From NCBI GenBank assembly GCA_963708135.1, contig OY970192.1, forward strand, positions 1,248,001 through 1,312,000: a DNA stretch of 64,000 bases, given 5' to 3'. The notes under the pieces are model-generated. The model did not search any database, had not been told where the DNA came from, and saw nothing but the letters and a program-made list of their open reading frames with translations. Source of the DNA: an uncultured Gemmatimonadales bacterium (GTDB lineage Bacteria; Gemmatimonadota; Gemmatimonadetes; Longimicrobiales; RSA9). The stretch's first letter is position 1, and each line of letters starts with the position of its first letter. Shown here piece after piece: positions 20,516 through 29,503 of the stretch. The translations under genes and the position numbers were made by a program.

Positions 20516-21493
20516 ATGGCGGGAGCAGCCGACGGCGCGCTGACGCTGGGCGTGGATCTCGGGGGGACGAAGGTGCTCGTGGCGCTGGTCAACGCGGCGG
20601 GCGAGATCGTGGCATCCTACCGCCATCCCACGCGTGCCGAGTCGGGGTTCGGCCAGATCGTGCAGGCGATCGTCGAGTCGGTCAACGCGTGCCTGGCCAA
20701 GGCCGGGGTCGAGCAGGCGGCGGCGCTGGGGGTGGGTGTGGCGGGGCAGGTGGAGCGGCACACGGGGGTGGTCCGCTTCGCGCCGAACCTGGGGTGGCGC
20801 GAGGTCCCGCTCAGGGCCGAGCTGGAGCACCGGCTGTCCCTGCCGGTGGCGGTGCTGAACGACGTGCGCGCGGCTACCTGGGGCGAGTGGCGGCACGGCG
20901 CCGGGCGTGGGGTGCAGGACCTGGTGGTGCTGTTCGTGGGGACCGGCGTGGGTGGCGGGGTGGTGAGCGGCGGGCGGGTGCTCGAGGGGTGCGGCAACAG
21001 CGCGGGCGAGCTGGGACACATGACCATCGTCGTCGATGGGCGGCGCTGCCGCTGCCGCAACCTCGGCTGTCTCGAGGCGTACGCCGGCGGCTGGGCGATG
21101 GCCGACCGGGCGCGCGAGGCGGCCGAGGCGGACGGCGCGGCGGGGCGGGCGCTGGTGGCACGGGCCGGCGGCATGGAGAAGATCACGGCGGCCACCGTCA
21201 CGGAGGCGTGGCGCGAGGGCGACGGGCTCGCCGCGCGCCTGGTCGAGGAGACCGCCGGCTACCTGGCGGCGGGGATCGTCGCCATCGTGAACGCCTTCAA
21301 TCCCTGCACCCTGGTGCTCGGCGGCGGCGTGCTGGAGAAGGTGCCGGAGTACGTGACACGCGTCGAGCCGCTCGTGCGGGAGCGCGCGCTCGGGGCGGCG
21401 GTCGAGCCGCTCAGGATCGTGCCCGCCGCGCTGGGCGGGAGCGCCGGGGTGATCGGCGCGGCGGCCGTCGCCCGCGCGCGGCCGAAGACCTGA
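20516..21493 (+). CDS. glk: ROK family sugar kinase (glucokinase)
   Basis: GVDLGGTK, GTGVGGG, GELGHM...CRCRNLGCLEAY. Confidence 0.9.
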   Translation: MAGAADGALTLGVDLGGTKVLVALVNAAGEIVASYRHPTRAESGFGQIVQAIVESVNACLAKAGVEQAAALGVGVAGQVERHTGVVRFAPNLGWREVPLRAELEHRLSLPVAVLNDVRAATWGEWRHGAGRGVQDLVVLFVGTGVGGGVVSGGRVLEGCGNSAGELGHMTIVVDGRRCRCRNLGCLEAYAGGWAMADRAREAAEADGAAGRALVARAGGMEKITAATVTEAWREGDGLAARLVEETAGYLAAGIVAIVNAFNPCTLVLGGGVLEKVPEYVTRVEPLVRERALGAAVEPLRIVPAALGGSAGVIGAAAVARARPKT

Positions 21494-21530
21494 ACCGAAG
21501 ACCCTGAACTGAACCGAAGAGCTGAACCGA
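21485..21530 (+). repeat. Short CTGAACCGAAGA-type direct repeats between glk and tkt
   Basis: CTGAACCGA occurs three times within about 45 bp. Confidence 0.55.
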
Positions 21531-21550
21531 CTGGAGAGGACGTCTCGGGA

Positions 21551-23563
21551 ATGAATCGGATCGATGAGCTCTCGATCAACACCATCCGCTTCCTCGCCGC
21601 GGACGCGGTGGAGAAGGCCAACTCGGGCCATCCCGGCATGCCGATGGGTGCCGCGGCGATGGCGTACGCCCTCTGGCGACGCTTCCTGCGCCACGACCCG
21701 CATGCGCCCCACTGGCCCGACCGCGACCGGTTCGTGCTCTCCGCCGGGCACGGCTCGATGCTGCTCTACGCGCTGCTGAACCTGACCGGCTACGACCTGC
21801 CGATGGAGGAGCTCGAGCGCTTCCGGCAGTGGGGCAGCCGCACGCCCGGCCACCCGGAGTACGGGCTCACGCCGGGCGTGGAGACCACGACGGGACCGCT
21901 CGGGCAGGGCTTCGGCAATGGCGTCGGCATGGCGCTCGCCGAGCGCTTCCTGGCCGGCACCTTCAATCGGCCCGACCACACGGTGATCGACCACCGCACC
22001 TACGCGATCGTCTCCGACGGCGACCTCATGGAGGGCGTCTCCTCCGAGGCCGCCTCGCTGGCCGGCCACATGAAGCTGCACAAGCTGACCTACCTCTACG
22101 ACGACAACCACATCTCGATCGAGGGCTCCACCAGCCTCGCCTTCACGGAGGACGTCGAGGAGCGGTTCCAGGCCTACGGCTGGCACGTGCAGTACATCGG
22201 CGAGGGCAACGATGTCGAGGAGATCTCGCGCGCCATCGAGCGTGCCCACGCCGAGACCGGGCGCCCCTCCCTCATCATGGTGCGCACCCACATCGGCTAC
22301 GGCAGCCCCAAGCAGGACAGCGAGAAGGCCCACGGCGAGCCGCTCGGCGCGGACGCGCTGCGGGCCGCCAAGGAGAAGCTCGACTGGCCGCAGGAGCCGC
22401 CGTTCTACGTGCCGGAGGAGGTGCGCGAGCACATGGAGGAGGCGGTCGAGCGCGGAGCCACGCTGCGCGCCGGATGGGACGAGCGAATGGCCGCCTACCG
22501 CGAGGCGCACCCCGAGCTCGCCGCCACGCTCGAGCGCGCGCTCGCCGGAGAGCTGCCCGAGGGCTGGGACACCGCGCTGCCCCGATTCGGCGCCGATCAG
22601 AAGCCGATCGCCACGCGTTCCGCGTCCGGCAAGGTGCTGAACGCCCTCGCCGCCGCGATCCCGACCCTGGTGGGCGGATCCGCGGACCTGTCGCCCTCCA
22701 CCAGGACCACCATCGAGGGCTCCGGCGACCTGGCCACCGACCCCGCCGGGCGCAACATCCACTTCGGTGTCCGCGAGCACGCCATGGGCGCCATCGTGAA
22801 CGGCATGGCCGCCCACGGCGGCGTGCTCCCGTTCGGCGCCACCTTCCTCATCTTCTCCGACTACATGCGGCCGCCGATCCGGCTGGCGGCGCTCTCCCGC
22901 TTCCGCTCGTTCTTCATCTTCACCCATGACAGCGTGGGGCTGGGTGAGGACGGGCCCACGCACCAGCCGATCGAGCAGCTCGCCTCGCTTCGTGCCATCC
23001 CGCACCTGACCGTGCTGCGCCCCGCGGACGCCAACGAGACGGCCGCCGCGTGGGCCGCCGCCATCCGCCGCGGCGAGCCCGTGGCGCTGGCGCTGACCCG
23101 GCAGAACCTGCCCGTGCTGGACCCCGACAGCCACCCCATCGCGGAAGGCGTGCCTCGCGGCGCCTATCTGCTCCAGGAGGCGGAGGGCGGCGACGCCGAC
23201 GTGGTCCTCGTTGCCACCGGGTCCGAGGTCTCGCTCGCGCTCGAGGCCGCCGGCCGGCTGGCCGGCGAGGGGATCCGTGCCAGCGTGGTGTCGATGCCCA
23301 GCTGGGAGCTCTTCCAGGAGCAGCCCGAGTCCTACCGCCGCACTGTCCTGCCGCCCGAGCTGCCGAAGCTCGCCATCGAGGCTGCCAGCCCCTTCGGCTG
23401 GCACCGCTGGGTCGGCGATGACGGCGACATCATCGGCATCGAGCGCTTCGGTGCCTCCGCGCCCGGGAAGGTCGTCCTCGAGAAGCTCGGCTTCACGCCC
23501 GAGAACGTCGTCGAGCGCGCACGCGCCCTCGTGGCCCGTCGTGCCGCGCGGCAGGAGGCGTGA
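21551..23563 (+). CDS. tkt: Transketolase
   Basis: [51 protein letters not shown]. Confidence 0.98.
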   Translation: MNRIDELSINTIRFLAADAVEKANSGHPGMPMGAAAMAYALWRRFLRHDPHAPHWPDRDRFVLSAGHGSMLLYALLNLTGYDLPMEELERFRQWGSRTPGHPEYGLTPGVETTTGPLGQGFGNGVGMALAERFLAGTFNRPDHTVIDHRTYAIVSDGDLMEGVSSEAASLAGHMKLHKLTYLYDDNHISIEGSTSLAFTEDVEERFQAYGWHVQYIGEGNDVEEISRAIERAHAETGRPSLIMVRTHIGYGSPKQDSEKAHGEPLGADALRAAKEKLDWPQEPPFYVPEEVREHMEEAVERGATLRAGWDERMAAYREAHPELAATLERALAGELPEGWDTALPRFGADQKPIATRSASGKVLNALAAAIPTLVGGSADLSPSTRTTIEGSGDLATDPAGRNIHFGVREHAMGAIVNGMAAHGGVLPFGATFLIFSDYMRPPIRLAALSRFRSFFIFTHDSVGLGEDGPTHQPIEQLASLRAIPHLTVLRPADANETAAAWAAAIRRGEPVALALTRQNLPVLDPDSHPIAEGVPRGAYLLQEAEGGDADVVLVATGSEVSLALEAAGRLAGEGIRASVVSMPSWELFQEQPESYRRTVLPPELPKLAIEAASPFGWHRWVGDDGDIIGIERFGASAPGKVVLEKLGFTPENVVERARALVARRAARQEA

Positions 23564-24330
23564 GCGTGGACTCCGCGCCCCCGGTCCTGCGTGTTTTCGC
23601 CGACACCGAGGAGGCTTGCCGCGCCGCCGCCGCCGCGATCACCGCGACGGCCCGCCGCCTGGCTCTCGGCGTCGGCCGCTTCTCCATCGCGCTCTCCGGT
23701 GGCTCCAGCCCACGGCGCCTGCTCGAGCTCCTCGCCCAGGTCGACGGGGGCGCCTTCCCCTGGGAGGCCACCCACGTCTTCTGGGGCGACGAGCGCTGCG
23801 TCCCGCCCGACGACCCCGCGAGCAATTTCGGTATGGCCGCCGCCGCGCTCCTCGACCACGTCGCGCTCCTCCCCTCCCACATCCACCGCATTCCCGGCGA
23901 GCTCGATCCCGCCCAGGCCGCCATTGCCTACGGCCATGAGCTGACCGCCTTCTTCGGCGCCTCCAGCCCCCACGCCCTCGCCATGGGCCGCGCCACCGCC
24001 TTCGACATCGTGCTCCAGGGCATCGGTGCCGACGGCCACACCGCCTCCCTCTTCCCCGGCTCGCCCGCCCTCGATGCCGTCGGCTGGGCCGCCGCCGTGG
24101 AGGCCCCCCGGGGCACCGAGCCGCGCCGCCGGATCACGCTCACGCTGCCCGCCCTCAACATCGCCGCCGAGGGCCTCTTCCTCGCCTTCGGCGCCGCCAA
24201 GCGCGACGCCGTGCGCGCCGCCACCACCCCCGAAGCCGATGCAGGCACAGCGGCCGTCCCCGCCGCCCTCGTCCGCCCCGCCGGCGGCACCACCTGGTTC
24301 CTGGACGAGGCCGCGGCGCCCAGCACCTGA
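23560..24330 (+). CDS. pgl: 6-phosphogluconolactonase
   Basis: [35 protein letters not shown]. Confidence 0.95.
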   Translation: MSVDSAPPVLRVFADTEEACRAAAAAITATARRLALGVGRFSIALSGGSSPRRLLELLAQVDGGAFPWEATHVFWGDERCVPPDDPASNFGMAAAALLDHVALLPSHIHRIPGELDPAQAAIAYGHELTAFFGASSPHALAMGRATAFDIVLQGIGADGHTASLFPGSPALDAVGWAAAVEAPRGTEPRRRITLTLPALNIAAEGLFLAFGAAKRDAVRAATTPEADAGTAAVPAALVRPAGGTTWFLDEAAAPST

Positions 24331-24420
24331 CGCTACGCCCGGCCCGGCCACGCCGACGGCTCCATCCCGCGAATCGTCTCTGGCCGGGAATGCGGTTCCG
24401 GCCGACGCCGCAGACCTCGC

Positions 24421-24710
24421 CGCGTGAATCATCTATCGCAGAGCCGCGGAGGTTCGCGGAGACGCCGGACCGGTGACGATGATCCTCGCGCGCCTCCGCG
24501 AGCCTCGGCGCCTCCGCGAGAAGAGAAGCACGCCGGCGGCAATCGGCGGGCGATGTGGCCATGCGAGAGCGATTCACGCCGGCGGCACCGGCGCGCGATG
24601 TCGCCCTGCGGGAGCGATTCACGCCGGCGGCATCGGCGCGCGAGGTCGCCCTACGAGAGCGATTCACGCCGGCGGCACCGGCGCGCGAGGTCGCCCGCGG
24701 GAGATGAAGC
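24421..24710 (+). repeat. Dispersed REP-like element, expanded: imperfect hairpin + about four 45-bp tandem units
   Basis: GATTCACGCC at 24571, 24616, 24661 (period 45) plus a degenerate unit at about 24529; same ends as the 11583-11669 copy. Confidence 0.8.
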
Positions 24711-25137
24711 AGGCCGGCCGTACCAGCTCCGTCGCCTGGTCCTGCGCCGCGCCCTCCACGAGCGTCGCGAATCGACTCGCTGGCCTTGCCCGCCTGCTTG
24801 TTGAGGCGGACGTCCGACCGCAGGACGGGCCGGACACGCCAGCGGGTGGGCGGGACGTGCAGAACTCGCCGATCGTCGCCCCCTCGCCGACGCGTGCCGA
24901 CTCGTGCACCCATAGCGGTCACAACGCGCCACTCGATCTGCCTCGGAGCACCGCGCGGCGGGTTGTGCCGGCCTGCGGAGTAAAACCCGCCACCCGAGCG
25001 CCCGCCTCGCGCCACCGGTGGGTTCCGCACTCCCAGCCGCCCGCAAACGCGCCGGTCTCTCGCCACCCGGAGCTCTCCCCGGTGCCGCCCGGTCCGCCCA
25101 CCCCATCCCGCCCGGTTCCTTCGCCCGCCGCCTCGTT

Positions 25138-25216
25138 CTCGCATCCCGAACGCCGCGCTCCACATCCGGCATCCCGAGTCCCGAGCTCCGAACCCCGCAT
25201 TCCGCATCCCGCATCC
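25138..25216. repeat. Degenerate heptamer repeat (GCATCCC-type)
   Basis: Reverse complement of the 18.6-kb heptamer, e.g. CCGCATTCCGCATCCCGCATCC. Confidence 0.6.
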
Positions 25217-25267
25217 AATCCCGGTCACTAGATTCCCCCGCGAAGGCCGGCCCCCGCATCCCCATCC

Positions 25268-25297
25268 TGCAACCCTCCTCTCCCTTCCCGTGTCAGA
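25268..25297 (+). promoter_or_regulatory. Putative ECF sigma autoregulatory promoter
   Basis: GCAACC-N17-GTCAGA directly upstream of the ECF gene. Confidence 0.5.
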
Positions 25298-25331
25298 TGC
25301 AGTTGAGAGCGGCAACGACCTTCGCGCGCAG

Positions 25332-25880
25332 GTGGTGGTGGACGAGCGAGAGCTGATCTCCCGGGTGCTGGCGGGCGATGCCGGCGCCGAGCGGGCGCTG
25401 TACGAGGCGCATGTGGAGCGCGTGTACCGGCTGGCCTATCGCCTGGCCGGACGGGAGGATCTCGCGCAGGACTTCACGCAGGAGGCCTTCCTGCGGGCGT
25501 TCGGCCGCCTGGCGACGTTCCGTGGTGACGCGGCGCTCTCGACCTGGCTGCACGCCATCACCGTCTCGGTCTCCCTCAACGGGCTGCGGCGGGTGAAGCG
25601 CCAGCGGGAGCGGGAGCGGCCGCTGGACGACGCGGCGCCGCTCGGCCGCGAGGCGGTGCGGGCCGAGCCGGACCTGAAGGATCGCCTGCACCGGGCGATC
25701 GACGCGCTGCCGGACCATTACAGGGTGGTGTTCGTGATGCACGACGTCGAGGGATACACGCACGAGGAGATCGGCGCAGCGCTCGAGGTGCCGGAGGGGA
25801 CGTCGAAGGCCCGGCTGTCGCGAGCCCGGGCCCGCCTCCGGAAGGACCTCGCCGCCTTCGCGGGAGAATGGGTGTCATGA
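25332..25880 (+). CDS. ECF sigma-70 factor (start approximate)
   Basis: AQDFTQEAFLRAF...LSTWLHAI (region 2); LPDHYRVVFVMHDVEGYTHEEIG...EGTSKARLSRAR (region 4). Confidence 0.95.
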   Translation: MVVDERELISRVLAGDAGAERALYEAHVERVYRLAYRLAGREDLAQDFTQEAFLRAFGRLATFRGDAALSTWLHAITVSVSLNGLRRVKRQRERERPLDDAAPLGREAVRAEPDLKDRLHRAIDALPDHYRVVFVMHDVEGYTHEEIGAALEVPEGTSKARLSRARARLRKDLAAFAGEWVS

Positions 25881-26800
25881 TGGATGACCAGCTGGACGAC
25901 TTCATCCGCCGCCACGCCGCGGACTACAACACGCCGACGGACGTGCCGACGGAGCTCCTGTGGGCCCGCATCCGCGCCGCCCGGCGTGCTGCGGTGGACG
26001 GGGGGGCACCCCTTTCAGGCGACGTTCCGACCACCGCTTCCGCCGCGCCCTCCGCGGGCCGGGTGCCGGAGGCACCCGTGGTCCGGAGCTGGCGCCGCCG
26101 CCGTGCCCGCGAGCTTTCCTGGGGCATCGGGTTCGCGGCCATGCTCGCGCTCGGCATCGGCATCGGCCGCCTGACCTGGACCGCCGCCCCCCTGCGGCGC
26201 GGCCCGGCCGCGGTGGCGGAGCGCGGCGCGGCGGCCACGTCCGCCGGTGCGCCGCCGACGTTGCCCGGAGGCCCGACCGTTCCCGCCACTGCCCCGGCCG
26301 GGGGCGAGGCGGCCACCGGCGTCGCCTCGCGGCTGGCCGCCGGCCCGGCGGCCCGGACCGAGCCGTCCGTCCGCGACCGGTCCGCCGCCGCCGCGGCGGG
26401 ATTCGGCGGGCCGGACGGGACGGCGGTCCCCACCCCCGGCGAGGCGTCGCGGCGCATCTATCGGCTGGCGGCCAACGCGACGCTGTCCCAGGCGGAAGCC
26501 GTGCTGAGCGCCTACCGCGCGCAGGCGGCATCGCGCGGCGTGGACCGCGAGCTCGTTGCCTGGGCGAGGGACGTGCTGTCGAGCACGCGCCTGCTGATCG
26601 ACTCGCCCGCCGGCGCCGATCCCCGGCTACGGCCCCTGCTCGAGGACCTCGAGACCGTCCTCGTGCAGATCGTTCAGCTCCCGGCCGGCCCGTCCGCGTC
26701 CGGTGAGCGCAGGATCATCGATGACGCGATCCAGCGGCGGGACGTGCTGCCGCGTCTGCGCACCGTGATTCCGGCCGGCCCCGACGTGGCCGGAACCTGA
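25877..26800 (+). CDS. Putative single-TM anti-sigma factor
   Basis: ATGA overlap with ECF; short N-terminal domain, TM (WGIGFAAMLALGIGIG), helical C-terminus LLEDLETVLVQI. Confidence 0.75.
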   Translation: MMDDQLDDFIRRHAADYNTPTDVPTELLWARIRAARRAAVDGGAPLSGDVPTTASAAPSAGRVPEAPVVRSWRRRRARELSWGIGFAAMLALGIGIGRLTWTAAPLRRGPAAVAERGAAATSAGAPPTLPGGPTVPATAPAGGEAATGVASRLAAGPAARTEPSVRDRSAAAAAGFGGPDGTAVPTPGEASRRIYRLAANATLSQAEAVLSAYRAQAASRGVDRELVAWARDVLSSTRLLIDSPAGADPRLRPLLEDLETVLVQIVQLPAGPSASGERRIIDDAIQRRDVLPRLRTVIPAGPDVAGT

Positions 26801-26812
26801 GGAGAAACCACC

Positions 26813-28201
26813 ATGCCCGCGAGCCGTTTCCTGAGCGTTTCTGCGCTGGCCGCCCTGACCCTGGCCGGCGCCGCCCCCCAACCCCCGACGCGCCCGGCCC
26901 CGCCACAGGCGCCGCACGCGGCCGCCCCGAGCGCGCCGCTGCTGCCGCCGGCACCGTGGGCGCAGGCCGACCCCGCGGACTCGATCTACCGCGCCGCCCG
27001 CGCCGCGCTGAACGGTGGCGACTACGCGCGCGCCGCCCGGCTGTTCCACTCGATCCCGGAGCGCTACGCCCGCTCCGCCTACGCCCCGGACGCTCTCTAC
27101 TGGGAGGCCTTCGCCCTCTACCGGAGCGGCGGGAGCGACGATCTGCACCGCGCCGAGAGCGCGCTGGTCCGCCAGCGGGAGGCGTACCCGAAGGCGGCCA
27201 CCCGCGGCGATGCGGACGCCCTCCTCACCCGCGTGCGCGGCGCGCTGGCGCGCCTCGGCGATGCGGACGCGGCGGCGAGCGTCACCCGCGAGGCCACGGC
27301 GGGAGCCGGCTGCGCGACGGATGACGACAACGACCTGCGCGTGGCGGCGCTGAACGCGCTCCTGCAGATGGACGCCGACCGCGCGCTCCCCGTGCTGCGC
27401 CAGGTGCTGGCGCGCCGGGACAGCTGCTCGGCGCCGCTGCGCAGGAAGGCCGTTTTCCTGGTCTCGCAGAAGCGCACGCCGGAGACGGAGGACATCCTGA
27501 CCGGCGTCGCGCGCAACGACCCCGACCCCGAGGTGCGTGAGCAGGCCGTGTTCTGGCTCTCGCAGGTCCCGACGGACAAGGCGGTGAGCGCGCTCGAGGA
27601 CGTGCTGCGCACCTCCAGGGATCCTTCGCTGCGAGAGAAGGCGCTCTTCGCCCTCTCGCAGCACTCGAGCCCCCGCGCCAGCGAGCTGCTCCGCTCCTTC
27701 GCCCAGGACGACGCGCAGCCGCAGGACATCCGCTCCAAGGCCATCTTCTGGATCGGCCAGCGGAGCTCGGCGGAGAACGCCCGCTTCCTGCGCGCTCTCT
27801 TTACCCGGCTCCAGCAGCCGGAGCTGAAGGAGCGCACCCTGTTCGCGCTCTCGCAGATGAGCGGCGAGGGCAACGAGCGGTGGCTGCTGGACATCGCCCG
27901 CGATGGACAGCAGGCGATCGAGGTGCGGAAGAAGGCGCTGTTCTGGGCCGGGCAGTCGCACGCCCTCCCCGCCGCGGACCTGGCCGGCCTCTACGACAGC
28001 CTCGCCGAGCGCGAGATGAAGGAGCAGATGATCTTCGTGCTCGCCCAGCGGCCGAACGGCGAGGGGCTGGACAAGCTGATCGACATCGCGCGCCACGACC
28101 AGGACGTGGAGCTTCGCAAGAAGGCCATCTTCTGGCTCTCGCAGTCCCACGATCCCCGCGTCGTGAAGGTGCTCCAGGACATCATCGGAGGTGGACAATG
28201 A
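26813..28201 (+). CDS. Secreted TPR + HEAT-repeat protein
   Basis: Signal peptide; TPR-like YRAARAALNGGDY...ALYW; repeated R(K/E)xAxFWLSQ HEAT units. Confidence 0.85.
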   Translation: MPASRFLSVSALAALTLAGAAPQPPTRPAPPQAPHAAAPSAPLLPPAPWAQADPADSIYRAARAALNGGDYARAARLFHSIPERYARSAYAPDALYWEAFALYRSGGSDDLHRAESALVRQREAYPKAATRGDADALLTRVRGALARLGDADAAASVTREATAGAGCATDDDNDLRVAALNALLQMDADRALPVLRQVLARRDSCSAPLRRKAVFLVSQKRTPETEDILTGVARNDPDPEVREQAVFWLSQVPTDKAVSALEDVLRTSRDPSLREKALFALSQHSSPRASELLRSFAQDDAQPQDIRSKAIFWIGQRSSAENARFLRALFTRLQQPELKERTLFALSQMSGEGNERWLLDIARDGQQAIEVRKKALFWAGQSHALPAADLAGLYDSLAEREMKEQMIFVLAQRPNGEGLDKLIDIARHDQDVELRKKAIFWLSQSHDPRVVKVLQDIIGGGQ

Positions 28202-28974
28202 GCCAGGCGACGACGCTCCTCGCCACGCTCGCGCTCCTCGCCGCCACCGCGCCCGCAGCCGCCCAGGGCGGCGGGCAGGGCGCAGCCCTCGCTGCCCGCG
28301 TCGCCGCGGTCGGGAACGGCACCGCCCGCCTGAGCTTCACGGCGCACCCGGGCGTGTGCGGCGATGGCGAGCGCGTGATCTCCACCGGCTCGAGCCATGA
28401 ATGGACCAGCGACTGCGAGGACGGCCCCGTCCGCGTCGCGCTCGACGTCCATGGCGGCCGCGTCACCGCCGTGCGCGCCCACGTCGGCGGCCGCTGGCTT
28501 CCCGGCGACGCCTCGACCACCGACCTCGGCCGCGTCCCCGGCGCCACCGCCGCCGACTACCTGCTCGGCCTGGCCGGCTCGGCGCCCGAGGGCGTGGCCA
28601 AGCACGCGATCCTCCCCGCCGTCCTGGCCGACAGCGCCGTCACCTGGCCCGCGCTCCTCCGCCTCGCCCGCGACGAGTCCCGCCCATCCGGCGTCCGCCG
28701 CGACGCCACCTTCTGGGCGGGCCAGCAGGCGTCAAACCGCGTGGCCCCCGCGCTCGAGGGACTGGCGGACGACGAGGGCGTGGACATGCAGATCCGCAAG
28801 CAGGCGGTCTTCGCGCTCTCGCAGCGCCCCGCCGACGAGGGCGTCCCCGCGCTGATACGGGTGGTGCGGACCTCGACGAGCCCCACACTCCGCCGCACGG
28901 CGCTCTTCTGGCTCGGCCAGTCCGGCGACCCGCGTGCCCTCGACCTCTTCAAGGAGATCCTCTCCGCCCACTGA
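28198..28974 (+). CDS. Secreted HEAT-repeat protein
   Basis: ATGA overlap; signal peptide; RKQAVFALSQ and RRTALFWLGQSGDPRA. Confidence 0.85.
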   Translation: MSQATTLLATLALLAATAPAAAQGGGQGAALAARVAAVGNGTARLSFTAHPGVCGDGERVISTGSSHEWTSDCEDGPVRVALDVHGGRVTAVRAHVGGRWLPGDASTTDLGRVPGATAADYLLGLAGSAPEGVAKHAILPAVLADSAVTWPALLRLARDESRPSGVRRDATFWAGQQASNRVAPALEGLADDEGVDMQIRKQAVFALSQRPADEGVPALIRVVRTSTSPTLRRTALFWLGQSGDPRALDLFKEILSAH

Positions 28975-29016
28975 GCCCCACGGTCGGGCCGGGGAGGTGC
29001 GGCGGCCGTGTCGCCC

Positions 29017-29063
29017 CCGCGCTGTTGCCCCGCGTCCCCGCGGTGTTGCCCCGCGTCCCCGCG
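29017..29063 (+). repeat. 21-bp tandem duplication
   Basis: TGTTGCCCCGCGTCCCCGCGG twice in tandem. Confidence 0.6.
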
Positions 29064-29503
29064 GCGGGCGGGAGCGGGGAAGGGCGGTATCCGCCCGCGC
29101 CGCGCGTGGCAACCGGTCGGAGCGCGGGGTGCGCGGCGCCCGGTCCGCCCGTGGCGCGCGCGGAGAGGTGCACAGCTCGCCACTCGCCGCCGCCGCGCGA
29201 GCGGCGGTCGGGTTCTGCAGGCCTGGCCCGCACAAGCCGCCACTCGTCCGGGCACCGGAAATCGAGCGGCGGCTCAGGCTCGTGGGGGCGTTCGAACCCA
29301 CCACTCGCTTCCCGACCGGCCCCGAGCGGCGGGGTGTGCCGCCTCCCGCCGTCCGGGGCGCACGCTCGGGTGCGGGACGGCGCGGGGCGGCGCGGGGGCG
29401 GACGCCTCCATCGCGGAAAGCCCCGGCTCGCTCGGCCGCCGTCTGGGTCACCGCATGACCGGGTGCTTCCACCCCGGCGCTCACCCCTGTAAGTTTAAGT
29501 CCA

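Noticed and set aside
24529..24700. 45-bp periodic repeat as a CRISPR array
   Set aside because: Units are contiguous near-identical tandem copies with no unique spacers, and there are no cas genes.
24424..25315. ORFs spanning the pgl-ECF intergenic region
   Set aside because: Low-complexity Arg/Pro/Ala translations derived from repeats; no RBS or recognisable domain.
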